A stretch of DNA of 64,000 nucleotides from Occultella glacieicola (GCF_004353825.1 NZ_SMNA01000001.1:1-64000); one strand, 5' to 3'; shown: positions 27,801-37,222, counted from the stretch's first letter. Numbers and translations are program-made. The notes: generated from the sequence alone by a model not told the origin.

Positions 27801-27992
27801 CTCGTACGAGGAGGAGGACGTGGCGGGCTTGCCCTCGGCGAGATTGACCAGGCCGTCCGGAAGGTTCGGGTCGACGTCGAAGATGTCGATGTCCGCCGCG
27901 TGTGCGGGCTGGGGTGCGGCGGCGAGACCGAGCGTCAGGACCGCGCCGAGAACCACGATCAGGCCACGCCTGGTCCGCGTGTGAGACGCCAT
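24882..27992 (-). CDS. Secreted multidomain putative glycoside hydrolase (CBM32/F5-8 x3, Big_2, GH-A-like barrel)
   Basis: Signal peptide ending AHA; three NLA..DG..W.VDL discoidin domains; FTWASADPSVAAVDAAGLVTA (Big_2); catalytic-like GGFYLRDEP and YDRYPF. Confidence 0.8.
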   Translation of the reverse strand: MASHTRTRRGLIVVLGAVLTLGLAAAPQPAHAADIDIFDVDPNLPDGLVNLAEGKPATSSSSYEMSNEGWATSFVNDGRIGTATLPYGWTTNPIGNTATATTPAWVQLDLLAPSTVNGVALWPRMDAASDGQNFPVDYQVQVSDDGSTWSTVAASTANTAVGDAQVLEFDAAEGRYVRVFATRRAEPTGRDGYLVQLAELAVYGTSSGLLIELDKPALELLPGDTDQLTPSLNGVPTDPAGFTWASADPSVAAVDAAGLVTAVALGATTVSVAADGGAPVTIPVTVIAERVDTDAEFMISAFWPPTAQHTTAEQYDLLADAGIDYIQNVDSTDLQGRAINLRMATLAAERGMLVGVSDPRLNESLSLTDQEIRDIVAEYENVPGVGGFYLRDEPYNANAYGRVHRAVKDEADWLYPYLNFLPMFAYPDRATFQSQVDDFAELALTDELDYLMYDRYPFGDTPDSLDYASMLDNMDAMRVEGLENGVPTGLYLQSIGRVDANGNPAGFRRTNPAEIRYEVNAALAYGYTQLSYFTWFTPTGRPETFTDAIIAPDGTPTDLYQPVSELNAEVHALGPTLMGLDAAEVYLHGPDLYGQPAIPDSFIARFADDDNVIVSRMVDSETERQYLMVVNNDFTSEQQVELRLRGGVRDLDVVSREDGASQPLFARNGRFALDLAAGDAVLLALPADLRYVAPAPAVPLNLAANANVIAASSEGANGWYMDKLTDDERFSTPSSQGWRATEIVEGEPSTVTLDLRAERRFNRVDLYAAGGVFGYGQAFPEAVTIQVSTDGLQWRSVAEVDLAPPTASVPVPSITFRPVRAQYVRVVVDEHSTRTGAMTLELAEIEIYADDGSLPGPEAFDDTVEETPWYEGKNLAQDRPVGVSSSTEAAQWGWASTFVNDGQYGPTALTNGWTSQVGTNTSPIDSEWVAVYLGGPYAVEQVVIHPRNAATDQANAGRGFPTDYRIETSADGVIWTVAAEVADDVAVSAEPRTVTLETPTTAAYVRVVGTELKLAQPAVDGYLMQLGEVQVYGEPG

Positions 27993-28222
27993 GGGCTGAA
28001 ACCTCCGGGTAGGCACATCGATGTGCTGAGGCACGACCCTATCTGAATCGACTCAACCCCGGTCAAGAGGTGCGGGTCCTCCCCCGCCGCGCGGTCCGGT
28101 CGCGCCGCGGCCGAGGCCACCAGGGGCATTGACCCGGTCTCGGATCTGCGCCACTGTGTGCGACACCAGAGATCTTCGCGTCGCGATGTGGCGGCCCGAG
28201 TCAGTGCGAGGAGCATCCGATC

Positions 28223-31200
28223 GTGACGTTGTTCTCAGGGTTTGGCCGGGCGGTTGTGGGCCTTGCCGGTGCCGTGGCGCTCGTGGGCCCGCTGGCCGTG
28301 GTCGCGAGTCCCGCCATGGCGGACGATCCCCCGCGGGATGTGGCGCTCGACGGCGTCGCCGTGGCGTCGTCGGAGTTCCCGGACCCGGCACGGTTCGCCG
28401 CGGCGCACGTCAACGACGGCGATCCGTCCACCCGGTGGGGATCGGACTACACGCACGGTGACGAGGAGCCGGGCTACCCGCCGAGCGACCACGACCCGAC
28501 CAACGACTGGATCGCCATCGAACTCGCACAGCCGAGCCTCGTGCACCGCGTGGTGTTCGAGTGGGAGGCGGCGTACGCACGCCAGTACGAGATCCAGACC
28601 TCCGACGACGGTCGGACCTGGCAGAGCGTGGCCGCCCTCTCCGGCCACCAGGGGCGCCAGGAGGTGGTGCTGGACCTCACCGACCCGGTCGGCTTCGTGC
28701 GGATGCAAGGAAGGGAGGCCTCGGCGTGGGGCTACTCCATGTTCTCCTTCGAGATCTGGGATGCCGCCGCCGTGAGCGAGGAGCCGGACCCCACCGGTTG
28801 GGACTACGGCACCGACATCGCCCCCGAGGGTCTCGCCACGGCGGCCTCGGTGTACACCGGCGACCCGGCTCGATTCGCCGCGAGGAACGCCAACGACCGG
28901 AACTCGGCCACGCGCTGGGGTACTGACTACGCGCGCACCAACCCGGCGGAGCCCCCGCCGAGCGACCACGACCCCAGCAACGACTGGATCCAGGTCGCCC
29001 TCGCCGAGCCGTCGCCGGTGTGGAGCGTCGTGCTCGACTGGGAGACTGCCCGACCCGCCCTCTTCGAGCTCCAGACCTCGACCGATGGGCTCACCTGGAC
29101 CACGGTGCGCGAGGTGTCCGGTCCGGCGGCCGGACGCACCGAGTACCGCCTCGGCCTCGAGGCGCCGGTCTCGTACGTGCGCATGCAGGGCGTCGCGACG
29201 GCCACCACGTTCGGCTACTCGTTGTGGAGCTTCGAGGTCTGGTCGGGTCCCCAGGCCCCACCCGAGCCGGGCGGGACGATCCTGCCCGCCCCGGTCGCGC
29301 AGAACCCGATCGACGGTGACCCGTTCACCCTGACCGCGCAGACCCGGATCGCGATCGACGACGAGGACGCACGTGCGGAGGCGGAACTCCTCGCCGAACG
29401 GCTGCGCCCGGCCACCGGTCATGACCTGCCGATCGTCGTCGAGGAGCCGCAGGCCGGTGACATCGCCCTGGTGCTCGACGGCGAGGAGGGGCCCTCGGAC
29501 ACCGAACTCGCGGTGGCCGAGGGGTACACGCTGACGGCGTCGGTCACCGGTGTACGGGTCGCCGCGACCACCACCACGGGCCTCTTCAACGGGGCTCAGA
29601 CCCTCGTGCAGCTCCTCCCGGCCGAGATCGCCGGCGACGTCGTGCGGCCGGGCCCGTGGCGGGTCGAGGCAACGCAGATCGTCGACTACCCGCGGTTCTC
29701 TCACCGCGGGGTGATGCTGGACCCGGCGCGCAACTTCATCGAGGTCGACGGCGTGCTCGGCATCATCGACGCCCTCGCCGCGCTGAAGGGCAACCGCCTG
29801 CACCTGCACCTCTCGGACGATCAGGGCTGGCGGATCGAGATTCCCTCGTGGCCGCTGTTGACGGAGATCGGCGGCTCCATGTCGATGCCGGGCGGACGTT
29901 CCGGGTTCTACACCCAGGAGCAGTTCGCCCAGATCGTGGCCTACGCCGACGCCCGCCACATCGAGGTGATCCCCGAGATCGACCTTCCGGGCCACTCCAC
30001 GGCGGCGATCGCGTCCTACCCCGAACTCTCCTGCGGGTCGTCCAACACCGTGTGCACCACGTCGCCGGTCGTGGACGGTTTCATCAACGACGTGATCGGG
30101 ACGATCTCCCCGATGGTGAACACAAACCTGTTCCACATCGGCGGTGACGAGTCGATCTCGGGTCAGCCCTACATCGACTTCATCACCAAGCTCGAGGGCT
30201 TCGTGATGGACCACGACCTGCGCATGGTCGGCTGGACGCCGCTGCCGATGGCGGGCCTGGACCCGACCTCGGTGCACCAGTACTGGCGGGACCAGAGCCT
30301 CGAGATGACCCCGGAGTGGTTCGCCGGTGGCAACGACGTCATCCTGTCGCCGACCTCCGAGGCCTACCTGGACTACCCGTATCCGACCCACAACGCCTAC
30401 AGCACGCACGACTGGGACCCGAGCAACGTCATCGACGACTACCGGAACCTGTCCCTGCAGTCGTTCGGGCTTGACGACGACGACATCATCGGGATCGAGG
30501 GCCCGGCGTGGGGGGAGAACAACAGCGGCGGCGCGCTGGACGTGGAGCACAAGGTCTTCCCCCGACTCGCCTCGATCCTGGACCTGGCCTGGTCGCCCCA
30601 GGCCCTGACGGCCGACTCCCGGTCCTTCCTCGACCGCTTGGCGGTGCAGGGGAGCAGGTGGCAGTTCGCCGGCACGAACTTCTGGCCGGACCCGAACGTC
30701 GCCTGGACCACGTCGGTGGTCGGTACCAGCCATCTCGTCGACGACGACGACCGCACCATCAGCGGACCGCTGGCCACCGTCGCCTCGCCCACTGTGCGGG
30801 TGGAGAGCCTGACCGCGACCGTCGACTGGGGCGACGGGACGGTCTCCGAAGGGTCGTTGACCGGCACCTCCGCGGCGGGAAAGGTGGGCAACTCCGTTTA
30901 TGAGGTGACGGCGGAGCACACGTATGACGACGCCGTCACGCGGGTCGGCACGGTCACCGTCTCCGGCCCGGGCGGGCAGACCTGGACCACCTCGTTCCTC
31001 GTCGGCGCGGCGGCCGACGAGTCGCGCACCTTCGCCCAGCACAGCGAGGACTACCTGGCCCAGGTGGACGCCTACGTCGCCGAGGGGCGGCTCGGCCACG
31101 TCAGTGCCGACCAGTTGCACGCCGCGGTGGCGCGGGTGCTGCGCCACCAGGAGGCCGGGCGAGTCACCCGGATGCTGCAGGAGCTCGACAGGCTCGAGGC

Positions 31201-31303
31201 CATGATCGCGCGGCAACAACGTCTCGTCGACGACGCGGAAGTGTGGACCTATCTGTGGGAGGAGGGGCAGGCCCTGATCGAGACCGGCCTCGACGAAGGC
31301 TGA
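28223..31303 (+). CDS. Secreted GH20 beta-N-acetylhexosaminidase with two CBM32 domains and a C-terminal FIMAH-like domain
   Basis: DYPRFSHRGVMLDPARNF, LHLHLSDDQGWR, IPEIDLPGH, FHIGGDE catalytic motif, YLDY. Confidence 0.92.
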   Translation: MTLFSGFGRAVVGLAGAVALVGPLAVVASPAMADDPPRDVALDGVAVASSEFPDPARFAAAHVNDGDPSTRWGSDYTHGDEEPGYPPSDHDPTNDWIAIELAQPSLVHRVVFEWEAAYARQYEIQTSDDGRTWQSVAALSGHQGRQEVVLDLTDPVGFVRMQGREASAWGYSMFSFEIWDAAAVSEEPDPTGWDYGTDIAPEGLATAASVYTGDPARFAARNANDRNSATRWGTDYARTNPAEPPPSDHDPSNDWIQVALAEPSPVWSVVLDWETARPALFELQTSTDGLTWTTVREVSGPAAGRTEYRLGLEAPVSYVRMQGVATATTFGYSLWSFEVWSGPQAPPEPGGTILPAPVAQNPIDGDPFTLTAQTRIAIDDEDARAEAELLAERLRPATGHDLPIVVEEPQAGDIALVLDGEEGPSDTELAVAEGYTLTASVTGVRVAATTTTGLFNGAQTLVQLLPAEIAGDVVRPGPWRVEATQIVDYPRFSHRGVMLDPARNFIEVDGVLGIIDALAALKGNRLHLHLSDDQGWRIEIPSWPLLTEIGGSMSMPGGRSGFYTQEQFAQIVAYADARHIEVIPEIDLPGHSTAAIASYPELSCGSSNTVCTTSPVVDGFINDVIGTISPMVNTNLFHIGGDESISGQPYIDFITKLEGFVMDHDLRMVGWTPLPMAGLDPTSVHQYWRDQSLEMTPEWFAGGNDVILSPTSEAYLDYPYPTHNAYSTHDWDPSNVIDDYRNLSLQSFGLDDDDIIGIEGPAWGENNSGGALDVEHKVFPRLASILDLAWSPQALTADSRSFLDRLAVQGSRWQFAGTNFWPDPNVAWTTSVVGTSHLVDDDDRTISGPLATVASPTVRVESLTATVDWGDGTVSEGSLTGTSAAGKVGNSVYEVTAEHTYDDAVTRVGTVTVSGPGGQTWTTSFLVGAAADESRTFAQHSEDYLAQVDAYVAEGRLGHVSADQLHAAVARVLRHQEAGRVTRMLQELDRLEAMIARQQRLVDDAEVWTYLWEEGQALIETGLDEG

Positions 31304-31367
31304 GCGGCGTCCGCTCGAGCAAGAACGGTCGGGCGCCGCCGGGCCGACCGGCCGCACACTTGATCAC

Positions 31368-32366
31368 ATGACGGAGAACGGACGCGACCGACTGCGCGAA
31401 CTGCTCGACGCGGTCCTCGACGACGACCACGCCGACCTGCGGGACATGGCCGCGGGCGCGTTCTCCTCGCCGTGGCACTTCAGCCGCCAGCTCAGCCGCG
31501 GCACCGGCGAGTCCCCGGTGGCGCTGCGCCGCCGGGTGATCCTGGAGCGGGCCGCGTGGCGTTTGAGCCTGGGCGAATCCGTGACCGACACCGCCTGGGC
31601 GGCCGGCTACGACTCCGTGGACGGTTTCAGCCGCGCGTTCACGCGCGCCTACGGTTACCCCCCGAGTTCCGTCGGCTCCGAGCGCGAGGCCCCCGCCGTC
31701 GGGCACCGGGAGCCGACCACCGCCGGACCGACGGCCGGCCGGGCCCGCGCGAGCACGCACTGGCTGCCCGCCCCGAACGGCATCCACTTCCACCCGCCGA
31801 CGAACCTGTGGGTCAGTGGCGGCGAGACGGCGGCGCCGGACGCGCTCACGGCGCACCTGGTGCGCCACGACGTCGACGACACCCGGCACCTGCTCCGGCT
31901 CGCCGCGGACCTGGATGAGGCCGCCTATCGGCGCGTCCGCTGGCCGGGGCTCACCGTGCTGTCCTGGGACGGCCCGGAGGAGTCGGTCGCGACCGTGCTC
32001 GAGCACCACATCTGGACCAAGGAGGTCTGGCTCGCCTCGATCGAGGGGCGGGACTTCCCGGAACGCGGCCCCGACGACCCGGCCTCCCTCACGGGCCGGC
32101 ACGCGGACGCCGCCGCGCGGTGGCTCGACGCGGTCCGGGACATCGAGCGGCGTGGCGCCTGGGACGACCGGTTGATCGACGCACTCTGCGAACCACCCGA
32201 GAGTTTCGTGCTGAGCAGCGTGATCGCGCACGTGCTCACCTACGCCGCCCACCGTCGCCTGCTGGTGCGCCACCTGCTCCGCGACGCCGGGGTCGACCCT
32301 GGGGAGGGCGACCCGATCGACTGGCTGCGCGGACCGAACCCGACCCCCACCGAGGAGAACCGATGA
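31368..32366 (+). CDS. AraC-family regulator with a C-terminal DinB-like domain
   Basis: SPWHFSRQ...AGYDSVDGFSRAFTRAYGYPPS; C-terminal AHVLTYAAHRR. Confidence 0.85.
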   Translation: MTENGRDRLRELLDAVLDDDHADLRDMAAGAFSSPWHFSRQLSRGTGESPVALRRRVILERAAWRLSLGESVTDTAWAAGYDSVDGFSRAFTRAYGYPPSSVGSEREAPAVGHREPTTAGPTAGRARASTHWLPAPNGIHFHPPTNLWVSGGETAAPDALTAHLVRHDVDDTRHLLRLAADLDEAAYRRVRWPGLTVLSWDGPEESVATVLEHHIWTKEVWLASIEGRDFPERGPDDPASLTGRHADAAARWLDAVRDIERRGAWDDRLIDALCEPPESFVLSSVIAHVLTYAAHRRLLVRHLLRDAGVDPGEGDPIDWLRGPNPTPTEENR

Positions 32367-32902
32367 CCCGCACCACCTACTACACCGCGACCACCCTGGA
32401 CGGCTTCATCGCCACCCCCGAGCACTCCCTCGACTGGCTGCTCACCCGCGACATCGACAACACCGGCCCGATGAACTACGACGAGTTCATCGCGAAGGTC
32501 GGGGCGATCGCGATGGGCGCGTCGACCTACGCCTGGGTCGAGGAGCACGCACCCGGCGGCTGGGAGTACACGATGCCCGCCTGGGTGTTCACGCACCGGG
32601 ACTTCCCGCCCCGCAGCGACGGCGCCGATGTCACCTTCACGTCCGACGACGTGCGGCAGGTGCACGCCCGGATGGCTGCCGCGGCCGCCGGGAAGGACAT
32701 CTGGATCGTCGGCGGCGGCGACCTCGCCGGGCAGTTCGCCGACCACGGACTGCTCGACGAGATGATCGTCTCCTACGCCCCGGTCACGATCGGCGCCGGC
32801 GCGCCCCTGCTGCCCCGGCACGTCGAGTTCCGGCTGGAGGAGCTGGCCCGCAACCGCGAGTTCGCCTGTGCCAGGTTCACGGTGGTGCATGCGGTCTCCT
32901 GA
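32363..32902 (+). CDS. Dihydrofolate reductase-like (RibD_C) protein
   Basis: ATTLDGFIA, MGASTY, IWIVGGGDLAGQF, LLDEMIVSYAPVTIGAG. Confidence 0.88.
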   Translation: MTRTTYYTATTLDGFIATPEHSLDWLLTRDIDNTGPMNYDEFIAKVGAIAMGASTYAWVEEHAPGGWEYTMPAWVFTHRDFPPRSDGADVTFTSDDVRQVHARMAAAAAGKDIWIVGGGDLAGQFADHGLLDEMIVSYAPVTIGAGAPLLPRHVEFRLEELARNREFACARFTVVHAVS

Positions 32903-32914
32903 TAGACAGGCCGG

Positions 32915-33466
32915 GTGCGCCCGACGCTGACCACCCCCCGGATCACCCTGGTGCCGATGCGGCCGGACCACCTGCCGCATCTCGTCGAACTCGACGGCGA
33001 CCCCGAGGTGATGCGCTACCTCATCGGCCGCGCCCGAAGCCCCGCGCAGGCGCGCCGGGAGTGGGCGCCCGGGTGCGAGAGCACGGCCGCCGACGCCGTC
33101 GGGCTCGGCTACTGGGTCGGGTTCGCCGACGGCGAGTTCGTCGGTTGGTGGTGCGCCTCACCGCCCGAGCCCATCACCCAGGCGCCGTCGACGGCGGAGC
33201 TCGGGTGGCGTCTGCGCCGCGAGTTCTGGGGTTGTGGCCTGGCCACGGAAGGCGCACGGGCCGTCGTCGAGCACTCCTTCGGGACCGTCGGTCTCGGGTC
33301 GGTGACCGCCGAGACCATGGCGGTGAACGTGGGCAGCCGGGGCGTGATGCGCAAGCTCGGCATGAGCCATGTGCGCACCGAGATGCGCGAGTGGGACGAC
33401 CCGCTGCCCGGTACGGAACAGGGCGAGGTCATCTACGAGCTGCTGCGCGCGGACTGGCGGGGTTAG
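32915..33466 (+). CDS. GNAT (RimJ/RimL) acetyltransferase
   Basis: DPEVMRY; AELGWRLRREFWGCGLATEGA; NVGSRGVMRKLGM. Confidence 0.9.
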   Translation: MRPTLTTPRITLVPMRPDHLPHLVELDGDPEVMRYLIGRARSPAQARREWAPGCESTAADAVGLGYWVGFADGEFVGWWCASPPEPITQAPSTAELGWRLRREFWGCGLATEGARAVVEHSFGTVGLGSVTAETMAVNVGSRGVMRKLGMSHVRTEMREWDDPLPGTEQGEVIYELLRADWRG

Positions 33467-33472
33467 CACCCG

Positions 33473-34348
33473 TCAGGCGCGCTCGCCGACCAGGGCGGGC
33501 TCCGCCGTCGGACTTGCGTCGGACTCCTGGTGCTCCGGCGCACTCGTGCGGCGGGCCGAGGGACGGCCGTGGGTGAGGTAGAGGGGCAGCCCCGTGAGCA
33601 GCAGGCCGCCGACCAGGTTGCCGAGGACCGTCGGGATCTCGTTCCAGATCAGGTAGTCCATGATCGTGAAGTCCCCGCCGAGGAGCAGCCCGGACGGGAA
33701 CAGGAACATGTTGACGATCGAGTGCTCGAACGCCATGAAGAAGAACAGCATGACCGGCATCCACATGGCGATCGCCTTGCCCGGCACGTCCTTGGCGACC
33801 ATCGCGCCGATGACCCCCATCGACACCATCCAGTTGCACAGCATGCCGCGCACGAACAGCGTCAGCATGCCGGCCGCCCCGTGCTCCGCGTAGCCGACGG
33901 TCCGCCCTTCACCGATGTGGCCGATCGCCTGGCCGACCTCATTGGGCGGGGTGTCGAACCCGTACGTCACCACGATCGCCATCATCACCGCGACGGCGAA
34001 TGCCCCGAGGAAGTTGCCGACGAACACGAGCCCCCAGTTGCGCAGCACACCGCGCACCGTGATGCCGGGCCGCTTGTCGAACCACGCGAGCGGGCCCAGC
34101 ACGAACATCCCGGTGAGCAGGTCGTACCCGAGCAGGTACAGCAGGATGAAGCCCACCGGGAACAGCACCGCGCCCAGGATGGCGTGGCCGGTCGTCACGG
34201 TGACCGTGACCGCGAAGGCGGCGGCGATCGCGAGGATCGCGCCACCCATCGTGGACCGGACCAGGGTGTCGCGGGCGGACAGGAGCACCTTGCTCGCGCC
34301 CGCATCGATGATGGTCGGGACGAGGTCAGCAGGCTTGACGTAGGACAT
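33473..34348 (-). CDS. Formate/nitrite transporter (FNT) family channel
   Basis: LFPVGF..DLLTG; NWGLVFVGNFLG; GMLCNWMV; FEHSIVNMF; GNLVGG. Confidence 0.92.
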   Translation of the reverse strand: MSYVKPADLVPTIIDAGASKVLLSARDTLVRSTMGGAILAIAAAFAVTVTVTTGHAILGAVLFPVGFILLYLLGYDLLTGMFVLGPLAWFDKRPGITVRGVLRNWGLVFVGNFLGAFAVAVMMAIVVTYGFDTPPNEVGQAIGHIGEGRTVGYAEHGAAGMLTLFVRGMLCNWMVSMGVIGAMVAKDVPGKAIAMWMPVMLFFFMAFEHSIVNMFLFPSGLLLGGDFTIMDYLIWNEIPTVLGNLVGGLLLTGLPLYLTHGRPSARRTSAPEHQESDASPTAEPALVGERA

Positions 34349-34525
34349 GTGGCACGGCTCCGTGGATCGGACGGTCGAGGTCTGCTGCCGCCGGTGCGGC
34401 GTCCCCGACGCTACGAGCGCGCGGTTTCATCGGCGTGTCTGCACCCACCCGGTCTCGTTACGGTCTTCGCTCAACGAATCGGCACCCACTGTGAGAACGC
34501 GGGCGGGAGTGGCACCATCGGGAAC

Positions 34526-34960
34526 ATGCGCGAGCCCGCGACGACGCCGGCCCGGGTGGAGGACATCCACGCGGCCGCCCTTGCGATGCCGTACGTGAGC
34601 GTCGAGTCCGCCGGACAGAACCCGGTGTACCAGGTCGGCGGGAAGTCGTTCGTGTTCTTCCGCAACCCTCGCAAGGACGCGTTCGACCCGGCCACCGGGG
34701 AGCTCTACGACGACGTCATCGTGATCTGGGTCGGCGACGAGGATGACAAGGCGGCCCTGGTGCAGGACGAGTCCGGACCGTTCTTCACGACGCCTCACTT
34801 CCACGGACACCGCTCCGTGCTCATCCGTGCCGCGCACGTCGGCCAGGTGTCCCGAGCGGAGATCACCGAACTCGTCCGCGACGCCTGGCTCAGCCGGGCC
34901 TCGAAGCGCCGCGCGAAGGAGTGGCTCACCCAGCGGGCCGCAGAGTCCGAACCGACGTGA
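34526..34960 (+). CDS. MmcQ/YjbR family protein
   Basis: PVYQVGGKSFVFFR...FFTTPHFHGHRSVL...ELVRDAWLSRA. Confidence 0.82.
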   Translation: MREPATTPARVEDIHAAALAMPYVSVESAGQNPVYQVGGKSFVFFRNPRKDAFDPATGELYDDVIVIWVGDEDDKAALVQDESGPFFTTPHFHGHRSVLIRAAHVGQVSRAEITELVRDAWLSRASKRRAKEWLTQRAAESEPT

Positions 34961-34970
34961 TCGGCCGGCG

Positions 34971-35780
34971 ATGAAGGAGGAACTCGTCGAACGGTTGCTC
35001 GACTTCCCCTCCGGGCACCCGTACGCGAAGTGGACCGGGACCCACTGGCGCCTCGTCGAGATCGCCGACTCCGGGATCCCGGTCCCGAGGGCCCGCCTCG
35101 AGCCGGGAGTCGCCTCGGAGTGTGCCTGGCTCTTGCCGGGCCTGGCCGGTGATCGGGTGTTGCGCGTGGCCGGGCTGCCGCTCCGGCACGCGTCCATCGA
35201 AGGCAACGCGGTCCACGCCCTGACCCGGCTCGGCTACGCCGGGGACGAGCGGACCCGGCAGTTGGTGGACGCGCTGCTCGAGTGGCAGTGGCCCGACGGC
35301 GGCTGGAACTGCGACCGGCACCACGCTGCCCGGCGCTCGTCCTTCCACGAGTCCACGATCCCCGCGCTCGCACTCGCCGAGTACGCCACGGCCACCGGGG
35401 ACGTCTGCGCCAGGCGGGCCGCCGAGCGGACGGCTGAGCTGCTGCTCGAGCACCGGCTGTTCCGCTCCCGCGCCACCGGTGCGCCGATCCACCCGTCCTG
35501 GACGGTCCTGCACTACCCGTCGTACTGGCACTACGACGTCCTGATCGGACTGCGGCTGCTTGCCGCTCTGGGGCGACTCGACGATCCGCGTGCGAACGAC
35601 GCCTTCGCCGTCGTCGAGCACGCCCACGACGGCCGCGGTCGCTTCTCCGGCCGGACCTGGGCCTCGAGCAGACAGCCGCACGCCGTCGACTGGGGGCGCG
35701 GCCGCGACAACCTCGGTCTGAACGGGCTCGCAGCCGCGATCCTGGCCGGCCGAGAGCGCTCGTCCCCAGGTGGGTTGTGA
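34971..35780 (+). CDS. Prenyltransferase/squalene-cyclase-repeat-like hypothetical protein
   Basis: QWPDGGWNC repeat motif; YPSYWHYDVL. Confidence 0.65.
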   Translation: MKEELVERLLDFPSGHPYAKWTGTHWRLVEIADSGIPVPRARLEPGVASECAWLLPGLAGDRVLRVAGLPLRHASIEGNAVHALTRLGYAGDERTRQLVDALLEWQWPDGGWNCDRHHAARRSSFHESTIPALALAEYATATGDVCARRAAERTAELLLEHRLFRSRATGAPIHPSWTVLHYPSYWHYDVLIGLRLLAALGRLDDPRANDAFAVVEHAHDGRGRFSGRTWASSRQPHAVDWGRGRDNLGLNGLAAAILAGRERSSPGGL

Positions 35781-35825
35781 CGCCCGGTTGTCCGCATTCT
35801 CGGTGCGGCACCGCGCGCGGCCCGC

Positions 35826-36839
35826 TCAGGCTGCGTCGAGCTCCACTCGCAGCGCGGGCAGCACGGCCGACCCGAGCAGGTCGATCCCTTCGGCCCCGGT
35901 GAGACCGTGCGGCGTGCCGAACTCGACCCGATCGGCCCCGGCCTCGACGAGCTCGAGTGTGTGCGCCACGATCTGGGCCGGTGTCCCGGCGAAGGCGAAC
36001 CGGTCCAACAGGTCGTCGCTGAGCAGCGCGCCGGCGTCGTCCGCGTGCCCCTCGGCGAGCAGCGCGCGCAGCCGGGCCAGCAATTCCTCCTCGATCTGCA
36101 CCGTCGGGTCGAGGGCGGCGACGACGTCGACGTACATGGCCACCTCCCGGCGGGCGAGGCCGCGTGCCACGGTGCCGTCGGTGTCGACCACCGTGACCGC
36201 ACCGGCACAGACACCCACCGCCCCTGCGCCCCGGCCGGCGGCGGTGGCCGAGTCGTCGACCCAGGTGCGCATCTGACGGACCATGTCCGGGTTCGCCGAC
36301 CCGCCGATCTTCACCTCGTCGGCGAGCCGGCCCGCCAGGGCGGCACCGCGCGGGCCCCAGACGCCGAGCAGCACGTCCACGTCCGGTCGGACCGGCTCGT
36401 ACTGCAGGGCGAAGCCCGGTTCGATCGAGAAGACCTGTCCGGTGTAGCCGGAGTCGTCGCCGGCCAGCAGCCGGCGCACGATGTGCACGGTGTCCTCCAG
36501 GTGGGTCAGTGCCCGGACCTGCCGCACGCCCACCTGCGCCATCCAGGACCCGCGGGCCAGGCCGAGGTAGGCACGCCCACCGGAGGCCTCGTCCAGGGCC
36601 GCCACCTGCCCGGCGATCTCGACCGGGTGGAGCAGGTACGGGTTCAGGCAGGAGGGCCCCAGCCGTAGGGTCTCGGTGACGTCCGCCGCCACCATGAGCG
36701 GGGCCATCGGCGGCTGGTAGCCGAGATCGGAGTAGACCGACAGCCCGTCGAAACCCTGCGCCTCCACGTTCCGGGCCTGGCGCGCGTACTCGGCTGCGGT
36801 CTTGTCGGACTGGAGTGCGATGGTCAGCGACACGCTCAC
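35826..36839 (-). CDS. LLM-class flavin/F420-dependent oxidoreductase (Mer-like)
   Basis: LRLGPSCLNPYLLHPVEIAGQVAALDEASGGRAYLGLARG; AFAGTP; GTGA overlap with the upstream gene. Confidence 0.85.
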   Translation of the reverse strand: MSVSLTIALQSDKTAAEYARQARNVEAQGFDGLSVYSDLGYQPPMAPLMVAADVTETLRLGPSCLNPYLLHPVEIAGQVAALDEASGGRAYLGLARGSWMAQVGVRQVRALTHLEDTVHIVRRLLAGDDSGYTGQVFSIEPGFALQYEPVRPDVDVLLGVWGPRGAALAGRLADEVKIGGSANPDMVRQMRTWVDDSATAAGRGAGAVGVCAGAVTVVDTDGTVARGLARREVAMYVDVVAALDPTVQIEEELLARLRALLAEGHADDAGALLSDDLLDRFAFAGTPAQIVAHTLELVEAGADRVEFGTPHGLTGAEGIDLLGSAVLPALRVELDAA

Positions 36840-37189
36840 GTGAGGTCCTCCGTCGGGATGCTGCGTCGGCCGGTGCGTTCGATGCGCATGATGAGCCGTT
36901 CCTCGGGGTCCGGGCAGGCGACCTCGTCGGAGGCCAGCCAGTCGTCGGGGTCGACCGACCGCTGGGCGGCCGGCAGGAGGGGCAGCACCGCCGAGAGCGC
37001 ATAGAGGCAGAAGTGCCGGCCGGCCGGGATGCTCAGCCGACTCGAGCAGGTCACGTCGAAGGAGTCGCCGGGCCGCAGCCCGCACACGGACCGACCCTCG
37101 ATCCGGTCCACCACCACCCTGAGATCGCTCAGTTCCGTCCGGCGCTGCGCCGCGGTGTTGTCGGCGTTCTCGCCAGTCATCTCGTCCAT
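36836..37189 (-). CDS. TIGR04076-family protein
   Basis: DLRVVV...VCG..PGDSF...FCLYALSAVLPLLPAAQR...ACPDP pattern. Confidence 0.75.
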   Translation of the reverse strand: MDEMTGENADNTAAQRRTELSDLRVVVDRIEGRSVCGLRPGDSFDVTCSSRLSIPAGRHFCLYALSAVLPLLPAAQRSVDPDDWLASDEVACPDPEERLIMRIERTGRRSIPTEDLT

Positions 37190-37222
37190 CACGTCCTCCT
37201 GCTCGAGCAAGCAGTATCCCCC

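Noticed and set aside
28235..31357. 1040-aa antisense ORF, and similar ones at 49503-52412, 44842-46851 and 56119-58701
   Set aside because: Antisense mirrors of genuine genes; stop-poor because of GC3 bias and lacking motifs
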